A DNA stretch of 64,000 nt. Origin: Sulfolobales archaeon (lineage in GTDB: Archaea; Thermoproteota; Thermoprotei_A; Sulfolobales; NBVN01). The position numbers and the translations under genes are program-made. The notes beneath the pieces were generated by a model that saw nothing but the letters and a program-made list of their open reading frames with translations, did not search any database and was not told where the DNA came from. Below are positions 48,619 to 59,060 of the stretch, piece after piece (position 1 is the stretch's first letter; every line of letters begins with the position of its first letter). Where the stretch lies: the NCBI GenBank assembly GCA_038841535.1, contig JAWBTQ010000002.1:1-64000 (forward strand). The letters run 5' to 3'.

Positions 48619-49344
48619 ATGTCGAGAAGACACGCGGAAGTCAGGGTAGCTCGAAGTGGTGGCTACATAGTACACGTAGACATATGCGAAGAAGTTAGCA
48701 TGGAATGCGTCAGGGAGATGCACAAGCTCTACTACTCTATAAAGAAGGAACTAGCAGACATAGTCGACGAAGTCGTTCCCGGGGTCTCGTCTATAGCTGT
48801 GTACTACGATCCCAGGAAGATCTTTGGTGAAGCAGTAGAGTCTAGAATTAGGGAACTGTGGATATGGAGCAGGGGGGTAGATTTTGCGGAACTCCATAAA
48901 CCCAAGAGGTTCACTATACCAGTCGCCTACGGTGGCGAGTTCGGTCCCGATCTCCAGTTCGTCTCCAGCTGGTCTAAGCTCACTGAGGAGGAAGTAGTGG
49001 AACTACATACGTCTAGGGTTTACACTGTGATAACTCTAGGATTCACTCCAGGCTTCGTCTACATGGGTGAAGTAGATCCAGCAATCTCTGCCCCAAGACT
49101 GGAGACCCCAAGAGTTAAGATCCCCAAAGGCTCAGTGGGCATAGCTGGGAGGATGACAGGAGTTTACGGACTAGAGAGCCCCGGGGGGTGGAGGCTTATT
49201 GGGCGAACACCGCTGGCTATGTTCGATAGTAGGAGAGACCCACCCATACCGATATACCCCGGCGACGAAGTAGAATTTAAGCCTATCAAGCCCGAAGAGT
49301 TCGAGAAACTCTTGGGAGTATACGTTGGTGACTACAATGCGTAA
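48619..49344 (+). CDS. pxpB: 5-oxoprolinase subunit B (KipI-like)
   Basis: IPV.YGGEFGPDL, GFTPGF.Y, PR..IPKGSVGIAG and SPGGW.LIGRT motifs. Confidence 0.93.
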   Translation: MSRRHAEVRVARSGGYIVHVDICEEVSMECVREMHKLYYSIKKELADIVDEVVPGVSSIAVYYDPRKIFGEAVESRIRELWIWSRGVDFAELHKPKRFTIPVAYGGEFGPDLQFVSSWSKLTEEEVVELHTSRVYTVITLGFTPGFVYMGEVDPAISAPRLETPRVKIPKGSVGIAGRMTGVYGLESPGGWRLIGRTPLAMFDSRRDPPIPIYPGDEVEFKPIKPEEFEKLLGVYVGDYNA

Positions 49345-50311
49345 CATTCGAGTAGTGCACATAGCTGGCTACGCAACGGTTCAAGATCTGGGTAGAAGGG
49401 GGTATAGAGCTATAGGAGTCCCAGTCTCAGGAGCTCTTGACAGACTGTCCGCAGTATACGCTAACGCTCTAGTTGGCAACAAGCCGGGGGCTGCGGTAAT
49501 CGAGGTATCCGGAACCATGACGTTAGGTCTCCAAGGGGATGCCATAATGTCCGTTACCGGGGGCTATCCAAAGGTGTTTCTAGACAACGTGGAGGTAGAG
49601 CCCTGGACGCCTCTCTACTGCCGCCGGGGCAGTACTCTTCGTATATACCCGACTGGAGCTGGGCGTGTTCACTACGTAGCCATATCAGGCGGAGTTGTCT
49701 GTGAGGAAGTCCTGGGAAGTATGTCTACCTACACTAGGGGTGCTATGGGGTGCTTAGGCAGACCTCTAAAGCCCGGAGATATCTTAGATGTAGGTTCAGC
49801 TGATCCAGTCGAGGTATGGGAGAGAGTATCCGACCTAAGACCTCCCGAACAGCTGGTGAGTAGGTATGCTAAACCTGAGGCATCTCTGACTCTGAGGGCT
49901 ACCGCAGGTATTCATATGCACCTCTTAGAGGATGCAGATCTACTGTTACGTAGCGAGTACTTAATTACTCCAGAGAGCGATAGAATGGGCTACAGGCTTG
50001 ATGGAGAACCCCTCTCTTCGGCTAGAAGACTCGGGAGACTCCCGTCTGTACCAACCGATAGAGGATATGTACAAGTACCCCCAGACGGTAAGCCCATAGT
50101 GCTGATGTCTGACTCTCAGACAACGGGCGGTTACGCAGTAGCTCTCCACGTAATCCCGCAGGACACCGACTTCTTAGCGCAACTAAACCCGGGTCAGAGG
50201 GCTAGATTCAAGCTCATCGACCTAAGCGAGGCAGAAGCTAGTGTGAGAAATTACCTCGAGGAGATCGATAAGCCCCTCCTCTACCGGAAGGAGCTGGAGT
50301 ACTGGGGCTAG
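49337..50311 (+). CDS. pxpC: 5-oxoprolinase subunit C (KipA-like)
   Basis: TVQDLGR.G, GALD, N.LVGN, LGS.ST, SDRMGYRL and QVPPDG.PIVL..D.QTTGGY motifs. Confidence 0.93.
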   Translation: MRNIRVVHIAGYATVQDLGRRGYRAIGVPVSGALDRLSAVYANALVGNKPGAAVIEVSGTMTLGLQGDAIMSVTGGYPKVFLDNVEVEPWTPLYCRRGSTLRIYPTGAGRVHYVAISGGVVCEEVLGSMSTYTRGAMGCLGRPLKPGDILDVGSADPVEVWERVSDLRPPEQLVSRYAKPEASLTLRATAGIHMHLLEDADLLLRSEYLITPESDRMGYRLDGEPLSSARRLGRLPSVPTDRGYVQVPPDGKPIVLMSDSQTTGGYAVALHVIPQDTDFLAQLNPGQRARFKLIDLSEAEASVRNYLEEIDKPLLYRKELEYWG

Positions 50312-50429
50312 CTCACTCGCTGCGGTATCCGGCTCTCTCACGATGTTTTAATACTGTAAAATCCGGAGGTATTCAGTAATCAGCCCAAAGAAGCTTTATC
50401 GCTTTCGTTAAAATAATGGTGCTGTGCGG

Positions 50430-50950
50430 CGTGCGCGCCGGTATCAGTAAGATCAATGTACATCCAGTGAAGAAGGTTGTGATAGTGCCTCGTTATGCTA
50501 TGAGTGGTGGAACGTCGATAGCTCTAAATGCCGTTGAGATAATAATGAACCCTGATGCGGTTTTGGACCTCTAGATCCCCAGCTTCAGGTAAGCAACGCA
50601 ATATCCCCGGCTCCCAGTTTGATAAGGGTAGCCAAGATAAAGAGTAGTGCGGCTAGCGATCACACAACGTCTTAGCGGACGTAGCCGAGAAGGCGATCAG
50701 GGAGGTTCAGGAGCTCATTGTTCAACTCCTCGAGGATAAGTTAGGTAGAGAAGGCTACTGAAGTAGCTTGCAACCTGACGGAGGGCTACTATATCCATGA
50801 TTACCCGATCACCGTTGGGGAGATTTAGAAACTAGGTCTAAACGTCAGGACGGAGGCACTACGAGAGTCATACGAATTGATGGAGCTATACCCGTAGGCA
50901 CTTCAACAGAGACCTGGCGTCGATACCTACAGCGACCACATGTTCCTTAC
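50430..50950 (+). pseudogene. Pseudogene of an SDH-family ClpP-fold serine protease (DUF114)
   Basis: Frameshifted fragments HPVKKVVIVPRYAMSGGTSIAL..EIIMNPDAVL / GPLDPQL / LADVAEKAIREVQELIVQLLEDKLG / LTEGYYIHDYPIT / YELMELYP, with several stops; boundaries approximate. Confidence 0.8.
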
Positions 50951-51039
50951 TATGAGCGTGGTCCAGCAAGAGAATAGGCCTATGAGTGCTCAGCATCAGT
51001 TTAGACCAAGCCCTGGATTATAGTCAGAACGTACTCGTT

Positions 51040-51285
51040 TTTGGTTAATCGTTTCCCGCTCTAGGTTTTTGTAGGTTTTCCTAGGGTGGGTTGTGCCTCC
51101 TACCCTGCGGTTCACTGTGGCTACCAACCACTCTACGCAGGTGTCATGGGCACCTTTCGAGCCCAACGGCACGGGGCTCACATCTAGCTCTACCTCTAGG
51201 TGTCTCGAAGTACCTCTCATCATCGTGAAGAAATCCCACAAAAACATTTATAAACCTAACACACTAAAACAGTTGCCAACCCTAT
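51040..51285 (-). mobile_element. Internally deleted IS200/IS605 (tnpB) derivative, second subfamily, copy C
   Basis: Encodes SPVPLGSKGAHD..VEWLVAT, resembling the C-terminal tail of Thermoproteota TnpB, followed by an A/C-rich end; TTTATAAA lies 24 nt upstream of ATG 51223. Boundaries approximate. Confidence 0.55.
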
Positions 51286-52014
51286 GGAGTTAGGAGGAGT
51301 CCTTAAGATTTAGACAAAGCTTCTTAAATCCGTCAATGAAAACTACGAGAAGTTTATGAACATGCTTGTGGGTCTGACGTTCCATAGGACTGTCGTAACT
51401 TAGATAACTAAGGAGCTAGAGAATTGCGCTGGTTATGTAGCCCAACACGACTATTTAGGGTTTCATATCTCATGGCACTAGTTGAAGCAGAATCCTCTGC
51501 CACCAGCATTACTAAAACGTACAGGCTTTCTCTGCTATTTTGCCTACAGGAGCTACACTCGAGATATGGGACGTCCATGGTACTCTGTACGTGCTCGGGC
51601 TCGATGAGAACTAGAGCGGAATGCGAAGAAGCAAAACGAGACTCCAATGTCGTCCCACACAAAGCTATATGATAGCTTACCCCTAAGGCTTGAACTCGCT
51701 ACTCTAGCTACTGGGGTTCCATCACAGTCTAAAGCCCGACCTTTCGAAGCATGAAGGGGGTCGGACTGAACCATTTCCGGTCATAGACCCCTTGAGTTAA
51801 CCTAGCTCAAGTCTCGGGGGCTTAGAGAAACCGATGAGCAGTTTAAAGCCTACAAAGCACGTAAAAAGTACGCAGTCACGCCAAAGCGTGTAAAGGCCTC
51901 GAAGAGAAGTGGAGCTCAGGGACCAGAGACTTAGCCAACCCTCTCTAAACATCGCATGTCTTACACTAGGTACATCAGGAAGGCCGTTGACACGAGTCTT
52001 GAGAATCAGTGGTA

Positions 52015-54318
52015 TCAAACGTACGGAGTGCCGTACCTCCCCTCGAGGGGTTTTAGGAATACCGCTGGTCTTCCATCGATGGTCTGCTTTAGTACGTAAG
52101 CAGCCTTTCTTCTAGACAAGACTCTGTTGTTATTTCCGCAGTAAGGACTGAAAACACATTTCGGGCATCCATCGTCGCAATCGCATCTACTAACGATCGA
52201 GTAGGCTACGTCAACAGCTTTCTCGAATCTTGAGTAAAGTAGCTTAGCCAAACCACTGCCACCCATGTCCGCATCGTAGAAGACTATGTCGCCACTTGGG
52301 TAGCTAACTCCACCCATGTCGCCGAGACCAGCGCCGCACACAACTCTCGTAGCCGATATAATTGCGTGCTCAATGGCGTGGTAAGCTTCTGCCATGCCCT
52401 CAAACCCCAGCTCGTCAAACTCCTCGAACTTCGTTAAGACGGCTTTAGTAGGGTACCTGAACGCTATAGGCTTACCGTAGTGTTGTGTTTCTATGATACC
52501 TCCGCTGAATAAGTCTTTAGCTACATATCCCCCAACCATCATCTCCAGCTCTACGTGTGCGTAGGCAAGCTTAACGCCGAGCTCGGAGTCTCTCGTAGCT
52601 GTAACTTCGAAATTCGAGACGTCGACGGTGTAAAGGGGCCTAGTATAGAACTCCAGTGCATCATCTGTTCTCTCGAGATAGGCCCTCAGCTTACTTAGGT
52701 CTAGTTCTACCGTTCTATAGGGTCTACCGAGGTATAAGTATAGAGAACCGGGGTATAGCTCCAGTAGAGCTCTAGGGAGCTCCCTCTCAGCTATCTCTTG
52801 GTCTGTATCCACATCTACCAACTTGACTACGGGGCCGGGAGACCTTATCCCTTCCCTTAGGGACAGGTACCTCCTAGCCTCACTAAACTGCGGGAATACT
52901 ATCTCCCCACGGACTCTTAGTAAGCCCTCGGAGAGGAGGTCTCCTATGACAGATTTCCACACCTGAGGGAGGTCACCTTCTCTGGCTCTACCTTGCTGGA
53001 GGAGAAAAGCTATTAAGTGAGTCTTTACAACCTCCTCGTTTTGAGGCTCGATGGTGCTCGGTGGAATGTCCTGGTCGAAGAACTTCTCCGGGTTCCTAGC
53101 ATAGTAGGAGTCTACAGGGTCGTCGCTCAGTATCGTCACTATGTACCCCTTCCTTCTCCTTCCAGCTCTACCTGCTCTCTGGAGATACTTAGCATACGAC
53201 GGTGGAGGTGCCACGAGAACAACTGCGTCGAGACTCCCTATGTCTATTCCGAGCTCTAGAGTCGGCGTCGAGACTACTCCCTGTATTCTGCCGTCCCTAA
53301 GGTCGCTCTCAACCTTCCTCCTTATTTCTGCCGGTATCCCGGCTCTGTGGACTAGGACCTCAATACCGTACCTACTGCGCAAGATGTTCGTGAGCATTTC
53401 GGCTAGCTGCTGGCTATCTACGAAGACTATGAACCTTAGACCCCTGCTAGCTAAGAACTTAGATACGAACACCGTAATACTCCACCTACTCAGAAGTCCC
53501 GAAAAGATGAGAGCGTGTACTGCCGTTCCCCTTCTCATGGCTGTTCCCCTTACTTCGATGAACTCCTCCCCAAACAACGACTCCGCGAACTCCTTTGGGT
53601 TCCCTATAGTGGCAGAAGAGGCTATTACTTGTGGTGTTGACCCACGGCACATCTTGACTCTCTGAAACAGGTGGTGCATGTGGGAGCCAAGTACCCCTTC
53701 GTAAATATGGAGCTCGTCGAATACCATAATGTTAGCAGAAGCAACAAACTTCCTTACGTGAGGGCTGTATACTAGCCCAACGTGGACCATGTCCGGGTTC
53801 GTGATTACGATTGTTGTGGGTCTGGAGGCTATACGTGCTCTAACACTCCTCGGGGTATCACCGTCGTAAACACTTACATTAGTAACGCCGAATACCATGT
53901 AGTCGGAGAAGCGTTTGAGCTGGTCTCGGGCTAGGGCTTTAGTTGGATAAAATACTAGTGCTCTAGGGTTAGGTCCCACTTCTTCTGATGCCTTCTTGAG
54001 TAGTGGGAGGAAGAATGCCTCGGTCTTACCAGTTCCAGTTCCCGCAGATATTACCACGTTCCGACCGTTCAAGGTGTGCTTATATGCTTCAAACTGAAAC
54101 TTGTACAGCCTACGAATACCGCGCTTTAGTAATATTCTAACGACAGCCTCTGAGAGACCTAAGTCTTGCACTGCCGGACCGGGTTCAGGCTCACCGTACT
54201 CCTCGATTCTCTCGTAAACAACTCTAGCACCCACGTCTCCGTAGTTCTCCTCGAGAGCTCTGTCGAGTTCCTCTATGAGATGATCCCTATGCAACTCTGT
54301 TCTATCCCGTTTACACAC
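52015..54318 (-). CDS. SF2 DEAH-box helicase with C-terminal DUF1998 (Hrq1/MrfA/SftH-like)
   Basis: GTGTGKT, YPTKALARDQ, TNPDM, DELH, SAT, LELGIDIG, QRAGRAGR, HAIEH and C.CDDGCPKC..SPYCGN.N motifs. Confidence 0.95.
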   Translation of the reverse strand: MCKRDRTELHRDHLIEELDRALEENYGDVGARVVYERIEEYGEPEPGPAVQDLGLSEAVVRILLKRGIRRLYKFQFEAYKHTLNGRNVVISAGTGTGKTEAFFLPLLKKASEEVGPNPRALVFYPTKALARDQLKRFSDYMVFGVTNVSVYDGDTPRSVRARIASRPTTIVITNPDMVHVGLVYSPHVRKFVASANIMVFDELHIYEGVLGSHMHHLFQRVKMCRGSTPQVIASSATIGNPKEFAESLFGEEFIEVRGTAMRRGTAVHALIFSGLLSRWSITVFVSKFLASRGLRFIVFVDSQQLAEMLTNILRSRYGIEVLVHRAGIPAEIRRKVESDLRDGRIQGVVSTPTLELGIDIGSLDAVVLVAPPPSYAKYLQRAGRAGRRRKGYIVTILSDDPVDSYYARNPEKFFDQDIPPSTIEPQNEEVVKTHLIAFLLQQGRAREGDLPQVWKSVIGDLLSEGLLRVRGEIVFPQFSEARRYLSLREGIRSPGPVVKLVDVDTDQEIAERELPRALLELYPGSLYLYLGRPYRTVELDLSKLRAYLERTDDALEFYTRPLYTVDVSNFEVTATRDSELGVKLAYAHVELEMMVGGYVAKDLFSGGIIETQHYGKPIAFRYPTKAVLTKFEEFDELGFEGMAEAYHAIEHAIISATRVVCGAGLGDMGGVSYPSGDIVFYDADMGGSGLAKLLYSRFEKAVDVAYSIVSRCDCDDGCPKCVFSPYCGNNNRVLSRRKAAYVLKQTIDGRPAVFLKPLEGRYGTPYV

Positions 54319-54543
54319 CTCAACTAAGGCTTTATTCTAGTGAGTTGAGCCTTGAGCAGATGCTTCACAGTATAGCAATTTTGAGAGTTCCTCAAGATTG
54401 CGGCATCTCCGTTGAGCACTAGCAGAAGCCAGGAACACGCCCTCCAAGTCCGCAAGTCGACTCCTCAGTCAAGTGCGGAACTTCGTGCGACATACTTAAA
54501 ACGGTGTGCCGCGAGGACGATGGAGTTTCTCATAGAGAGCTCA

Positions 54544-55089
54544 CTATACCGCCTTAGGCTTTGCCTCAATAAGTCTCGACCAGGGACCTCTCGATAAGCT
54601 AACTAGGGTTATTGAAGCAGTAAACACAGCTCCTGGTAGGAGAACTGCTAAGTACAAATTGAGGTTTAAGTGCTTTGTGAACATGTCTGCTAGCTCCGGC
54701 ATTAGTGCTGAGAGTACTGCTATGGGTATTATACCTAGAACGAGAGTGTAGATAATCCCAGTCACGATGGCAGATACTGCCTCACTCAGCTTTAACTTAT
54801 TCCCTAAGGCTCCTTTTAGTAGCCCGAATAGTGCTCCGATTAGTATGTACTGAATGACTTGAGCGATAGGTGCTATTCGTATAGCTGCTTGAGTTATTTC
54901 ATTAACGCTCTTAACGATTCTTTCCACTTCCTCAGGCGGTATAGCTGCTGGTAGTTGTTTCTTCACCAGCTCCTCGGTTAAGCTATTGAGGCCCTCGATC
55001 GGTACGAGTAATGTCACTATGGCGATCACTATCCCAGTAATGATACCAGAAAGCACTCCTTGGAGGACGTGTTTTTCGTACCCACCCAT
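54544..55089 (-). CDS. Hypothetical membrane protein (about 4 TM)
   Basis: 181-aa ORF with four hydrophobic segments and a C-terminal GPWSR...KP. Confidence 0.75.
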   Translation of the reverse strand: MGGYEKHVLQGVLSGIITGIVIAIVTLLVPIEGLNSLTEELVKKQLPAAIPPEEVERIVKSVNEITQAAIRIAPIAQVIQYILIGALFGLLKGALGNKLKLSEAVSAIVTGIIYTLVLGIIPIAVLSALMPELADMFTKHLNLNLYLAVLLPGAVFTASITLVSLSRGPWSRLIEAKPKAV

Positions 55090-55158
55090 TTTGCTCTTTC
55101 CAAACTCTCTATATTAGTTCTAAAGCTAATATTTCACCATGCGGTTAGGGCTGAGTGC

Positions 55159-55821
55159 ATGTCTAGCTACATAGCTTCCGTGCTCGTTTCACTGGTTCCA
55201 GGATTTGTCGCGTTGGCGAGGATCGCTAGACGGAGTAGTAGTGCTTGGTTGGTTGCAGCAGTTGGTGGAGGTGGGTGGCTACTAGCCATAGCCCTGAGGA
55301 TGCCCCTGTTATCGTTACTGCAGACTTTAATACCGGGACTTACCTACTTAATCGCTGCCTCGATACTGGCGGGGGTATTCGAGGAGTCTACCAGGTCTCT
55401 GATACTGAGAGCCAGTATCGCAAGGAGTGGGGAGGTAAGTGGTTTACTAACTATAGGCCTCGGGTGGGGGCTTTCAGAGGCTCTACTGGTTTATGCTATA
55501 CCTGTGACGCTCTCAGCACCCGTATACGGATATGACTGGGTCGACCTCTTGCCCGGCGCTCTGGAGAGGAACTCAGCTATCTTAATTCACTTGTCTCTAA
55601 CTGTGTTACTGAGTAGAAACCCCCGGAGTGCTAGATTACTGGTAGCCTCAGCTGTACTGCACTCATTATCCAATTTAGCTGCTGTAGCTGCTCTACTAGT
55701 TCTTGAGGATGCCTGGTTAGTGGAGCTAGTCATAGCCACAGTGTCTTTCTCGCTGTTTGCTGGAGTGGCGCTGCCTACGTTAAAATACTTAAGGAAGATC
55801 CACCGCGATCAGATCGGCTGA
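55159..55821 (+). CDS. YhfC-family intramembrane glutamic/metalloprotease
   Basis: AGVFEE..R, GLGWG..EA, ER.SA...H and a late His; multi-TM. Confidence 0.85.
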   Translation: MSSYIASVLVSLVPGFVALARIARRSSSAWLVAAVGGGGWLLAIALRMPLLSLLQTLIPGLTYLIAASILAGVFEESTRSLILRASIARSGEVSGLLTIGLGWGLSEALLVYAIPVTLSAPVYGYDWVDLLPGALERNSAILIHLSLTVLLSRNPRSARLLVASAVLHSLSNLAAVAALLVLEDAWLVELVIATVSFSLFAGVALPTLKYLRKIHRDQIG

Positions 55822-55825
55822 GACC

Positions 55826-56161
55826 GTGGACGAAGAATTCGTTGTTACAACCCTAGAGTATGTTCCCGGACATAAAGTTAGGAAAGTCTTGGGAGTAGTT
55901 AGCGGGAGTGTAGTTAGGGCCAGAAACATAGGTAGAGACATAGTAGCAGCCCTCCGAAACATAGCGGGAGGAGAGATAGTTGAGTATACAGAACTTCTTG
56001 CCAGCTCGAGAGACGAAGCCTTGAAGAGGATGATCGAGAAAGCTAAAGCCATGGGAGCAAACGCAGTAGTCGGAGTCAGGCTCGCTACTTCGAACATCAT
56101 GAGCGGAGCAGCAGAAGTCGTAGCATACGGGACAGCGGTCGTACTGGAAAAAGAAGCGTAA
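55826..56161 (+). CDS. YbjQ/UPF0145 putative heavy-metal-binding protein
   Basis: LG.V.G, GRD..A.LRN..GGE...YT.LL, GANAVVG and AYGTAV motifs. Confidence 0.92.
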   Translation: MDEEFVVTTLEYVPGHKVRKVLGVVSGSVVRARNIGRDIVAALRNIAGGEIVEYTELLASSRDEALKRMIEKAKAMGANAVVGVRLATSNIMSGAAEVVAYGTAVVLEKEA

Positions 56162-56393
56162 AATAAGGTAGAACGCTAGGTAGGAACTCCTCTGCATAAC
56201 TGGACCTCACCACCTTCACACCTGCTGTAGGAGGCTGTTGAGCAACCAACAAACTACACGACACACAGACACGGCACGTAGATACAAGAAGTAAAACTTG
56301 GGAAAGACGCACTGATATTGAGTAGTTATACGTAGCACTAGTGAGAAGTCAGATATAGCTACTGCTCGGCAAGAGCCCTCAAAGGGACTTCAA

Positions 56394-57377
56394 TTAGTAG
56401 AGGCAGCACTTCTCTATGGTGTTTAGAGCTCTTGCTAGAGTAGCGCTATCGCCCCTCAGCTTTAGCCCAGCAATTACGGCTCCGCAGGATGTTCTAACTC
56501 TTTGCTCGAAGATCTCTACTTCTAGACCGAGTAGCTCCTCAAGCTTCTTTTTCAGGAGGTGCTTAAGCAATTCTCTATTCTCTCTATAAACGGAACCCGT
56601 AAACCCCACCTTGGGACTGTAGACGCCTATTTTTCTGATAGCTGCCGCAACCTGCTTCGCAAATTCTTCGATTTCACCCTCGACTATGCGGGCAGCTGTC
56701 TTGTCACCACTCTTATAGGCCTTCATTACTGCGGTAGCTACAGATGCTACAGCAGTCTTCGGGTTTTCCGAGTAATAAACATACGAGAGTACATCACTAG
56801 CAGTGCTAAAGCCCATACTGCGGGCTATCAGGGTAGCTAGGTCTGAACACTCTTTTAAACTATCGAGACATTCAAGGACTTCTCTGAGGCTCTTCAGTCC
56901 CAGTCTATACCCGCTCCCCTCGTCGCCTAGGAGATGTCCCCACCCTCCGACTCTAATGCTGTGTCCTGCGTAATCACCGTAGACGCAGCTCCCAGTTCCC
57001 AAAATCCCTACGACGCCGTCATCCAAGAGGAAGACAGATGCGTGGGCAGCTATGACGTCTTCAAAAACTACCACCCTGTCTACTGGAATGCCAGCGAGTT
57101 CCGCTAGCCTCTTACGGAGTGCGTCGGCGTAGTTCTTGCTCACTACTCCAGCAGTACCTACGGCGACTAAGTATGGTGTAGGCTTCTCGTAGCTTAGACC
57201 TGCGAGGACCTTCTCAATAGCACTAGCGATTACGGTACTCGCCTTCTCTATTCCTACTACAGAAGGGTTCGATGAGCTCTCGGAAGTAAAGACGCACACC
57301 TGACTAGCCATATCGATACCGACGGCCTCTGTCTTAGTTGCTCCGGAGTCTACTCCGACTAGAGCTGATCTCACCAC
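56394..57377 (-). CDS. BadF/BadG/BcrA/BcrD-type ATPase, N-acetylglucosamine/hexokinase-like
   Basis: GVDSGATKT, GTGS and RVGGWGHLLGDEGSGY motifs. Confidence 0.9.
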   Translation of the reverse strand: MVRSALVGVDSGATKTEAVGIDMASQVCVFTSESSSNPSVVGIEKASTVIASAIEKVLAGLSYEKPTPYLVAVGTAGVVSKNYADALRKRLAELAGIPVDRVVVFEDVIAAHASVFLLDDGVVGILGTGSCVYGDYAGHSIRVGGWGHLLGDEGSGYRLGLKSLREVLECLDSLKECSDLATLIARSMGFSTASDVLSYVYYSENPKTAVASVATAVMKAYKSGDKTAARIVEGEIEEFAKQVAAAIRKIGVYSPKVGFTGSVYRENRELLKHLLKKKLEELLGLEVEIFEQRVRTSCGAVIAGLKLRGDSATLARALNTIEKCCLY

Positions 57378-57567
57378 CTGTTTTACCCAGATAAAAATTA
57401 CTAACGATATCAAAACTGCACTTAGATTAGGAACTCGAGCACACACCGATTTATGCTGTTGAGGGTCTTGCCCTTTAGCGCAGAGGAGATGTTGGCAACG
57501 TATAGCTCAATTCCACTGCAGATCTGAGACCTCAAAGTGATGCTATCTGGAGTGAAGAGCTCGCAGA

Positions 57568-58212
57568 CTAATGTCGATGTTCTGCTAGTACAGTCATAGC
57601 GGTCTTGAGGTCCACTCTCTCTAAGCGGCCAGCGATTTTCAGGTCAATACTTTTTCCCGCTTTGTTTACTATGAGGACTTCCACACCTAGGGTGAGGCCT
57701 GAGGCTAGAGCCTTCTTCATGTACGTAACGAGCTCTCCTCTGTAGCCAATAATTCTGACGGTGTCTCCGATACCGAAGTCGGAGAGGGGTTTCCCAACTA
57801 AAGTAGATCCCTCCCCAGGGATCGGGTTGCCGTGAGGGCATTCCTTGGGAGACCCTATGTACTTGTAAATAGACTCGACTATCTCTTGGGGCAGGTGCTC
57901 CATGTGGTGTGCGTATTCGTGAACCTCTACTGGGTCGAAGCCCAGCTCGGTCAAAAAAGCTTCACATATTCTGTGCTTTCTAACTAGATTTTTAACTGCA
58001 TTTATTCCCTTCTCGCTGAGTTTAAAGCCCCGGAACTTCGCCCACACGACGTAACCTTCGTTCGCAAGCCTGCGCAATACCTTACTAACAGTTGCGGGCC
58101 TAACTCCTAGCTCTCTGGAAATATCGTTAGTTCTAGCGACTCCGAAGACTTCCTCCAGTCTATATATAGTCGAAAGGTAGTCTTCAACACCTACTCTCCT
58201 CATGCTCTCCAA
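57568..58212 (-). CDS. DtxR/MntR family metal-dependent regulator with FeoA domain
   Basis: EDYL..IY, HTH, RKHR..E, A..MEH and CPHGNPIP motifs, plus a C-terminal FeoA-like segment. Confidence 0.93.
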   Translation of the reverse strand: MESMRRVGVEDYLSTIYRLEEVFGVARTNDISRELGVRPATVSKVLRRLANEGYVVWAKFRGFKLSEKGINAVKNLVRKHRICEAFLTELGFDPVEVHEYAHHMEHLPQEIVESIYKYIGSPKECPHGNPIPGEGSTLVGKPLSDFGIGDTVRIIGYRGELVTYMKKALASGLTLGVEVLIVNKAGKSIDLKIAGRLERVDLKTAMTVLAEHRH

Positions 58213-58594
58213 GATAGTAACAAAAACACCAAATTAACTATCTTCACAGACTGCAACCAGGTGTAAAAGCGGGCATACCGATCGCTGAGGGCACTAACTT
58301 CAAGATACTTAGTACTCTAATAGAGTGTGTGTGGAGGTGTCACGATACAGCTAGAGCCTCAGTAAGGATTGGTGGCTTGAGATAGCTTAGTCGAGCTAGT
58401 GAGGGGTCTTGGAGTTTGGGTATCTGTTGCTGAAGTAATAGGTATCTTAATGTTTCCAGGAGTCTAGACCCGATAGAAAAGAGAGTTGAGTATAGATAGC
58501 GCTATTGAGAGACTATGACAGGAAGCAGCAGAAGCACGGAAGCGAAACAAGTTCTTTCAGGAAAGCTGTGAAAAACTACGGGAGAGAACCGCCG

Positions 58595-59060
58595 AGATGG
58601 AATTAAGGAACAAGATCGCACCTACGGTAGAAAAGATAGCCGTCGAAGAGAACGCCAAGGGCGTGGACTTCGCGGTCCTGTAGTTCACCACGAGGTTGTG
58701 TACAGCTCCGTGAGAGCTATCTACATGCCCGGGTTCAGGCGGATGATAAAGTTTCTTGAGGGCAATCCTTAAGTGAGGGACGTCGCGATCTTCGAGTTCT
58801 CGAGGTCGCCGAGATGCTTCCTGGGCATCAGCGAGAGCGAGCATAATACCATCGTGGAGTACGGCGAGTGTATGAGCGGGCTGGGAGAGTCAACACGTGT
58901 TTCGGAGGAGAGGAGATAGAAGAAGGAGCATGGCTTCTCTACTCTATTTCGAGTTACGCAGGGGGTGTTTAGAAGTTGCGAGTAGCCTCAAGAAAGGTTA
59001 TGCCGACCTCCTCCCAACTAGAGGACGTACTTTCGTTTGTAAAACAGCGCCTTCTATGCT
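58595..59060 (+). pseudogene. Probable decayed MntA-HepT (nucleotidyltransferase/DUF86) toxin-antitoxin pair
   Basis: Fragments MELRNKI...GVDFAVL* (resembling the FA.LFGS start of an MNT), VLEVAEML and YGECMSGLGESTRVSEE (HEPN/DUF86-like); many stops and frameshifts; boundaries approximate. Confidence 0.4.

Noticed and set aside
54358-54410. Imperfect hairpin upstream of the helicase (GCAATTTTGAG...CTCAAGATTGC)
   Set aside because: Single imperfect stem with no second copy or known RNA motif; insufficient support.
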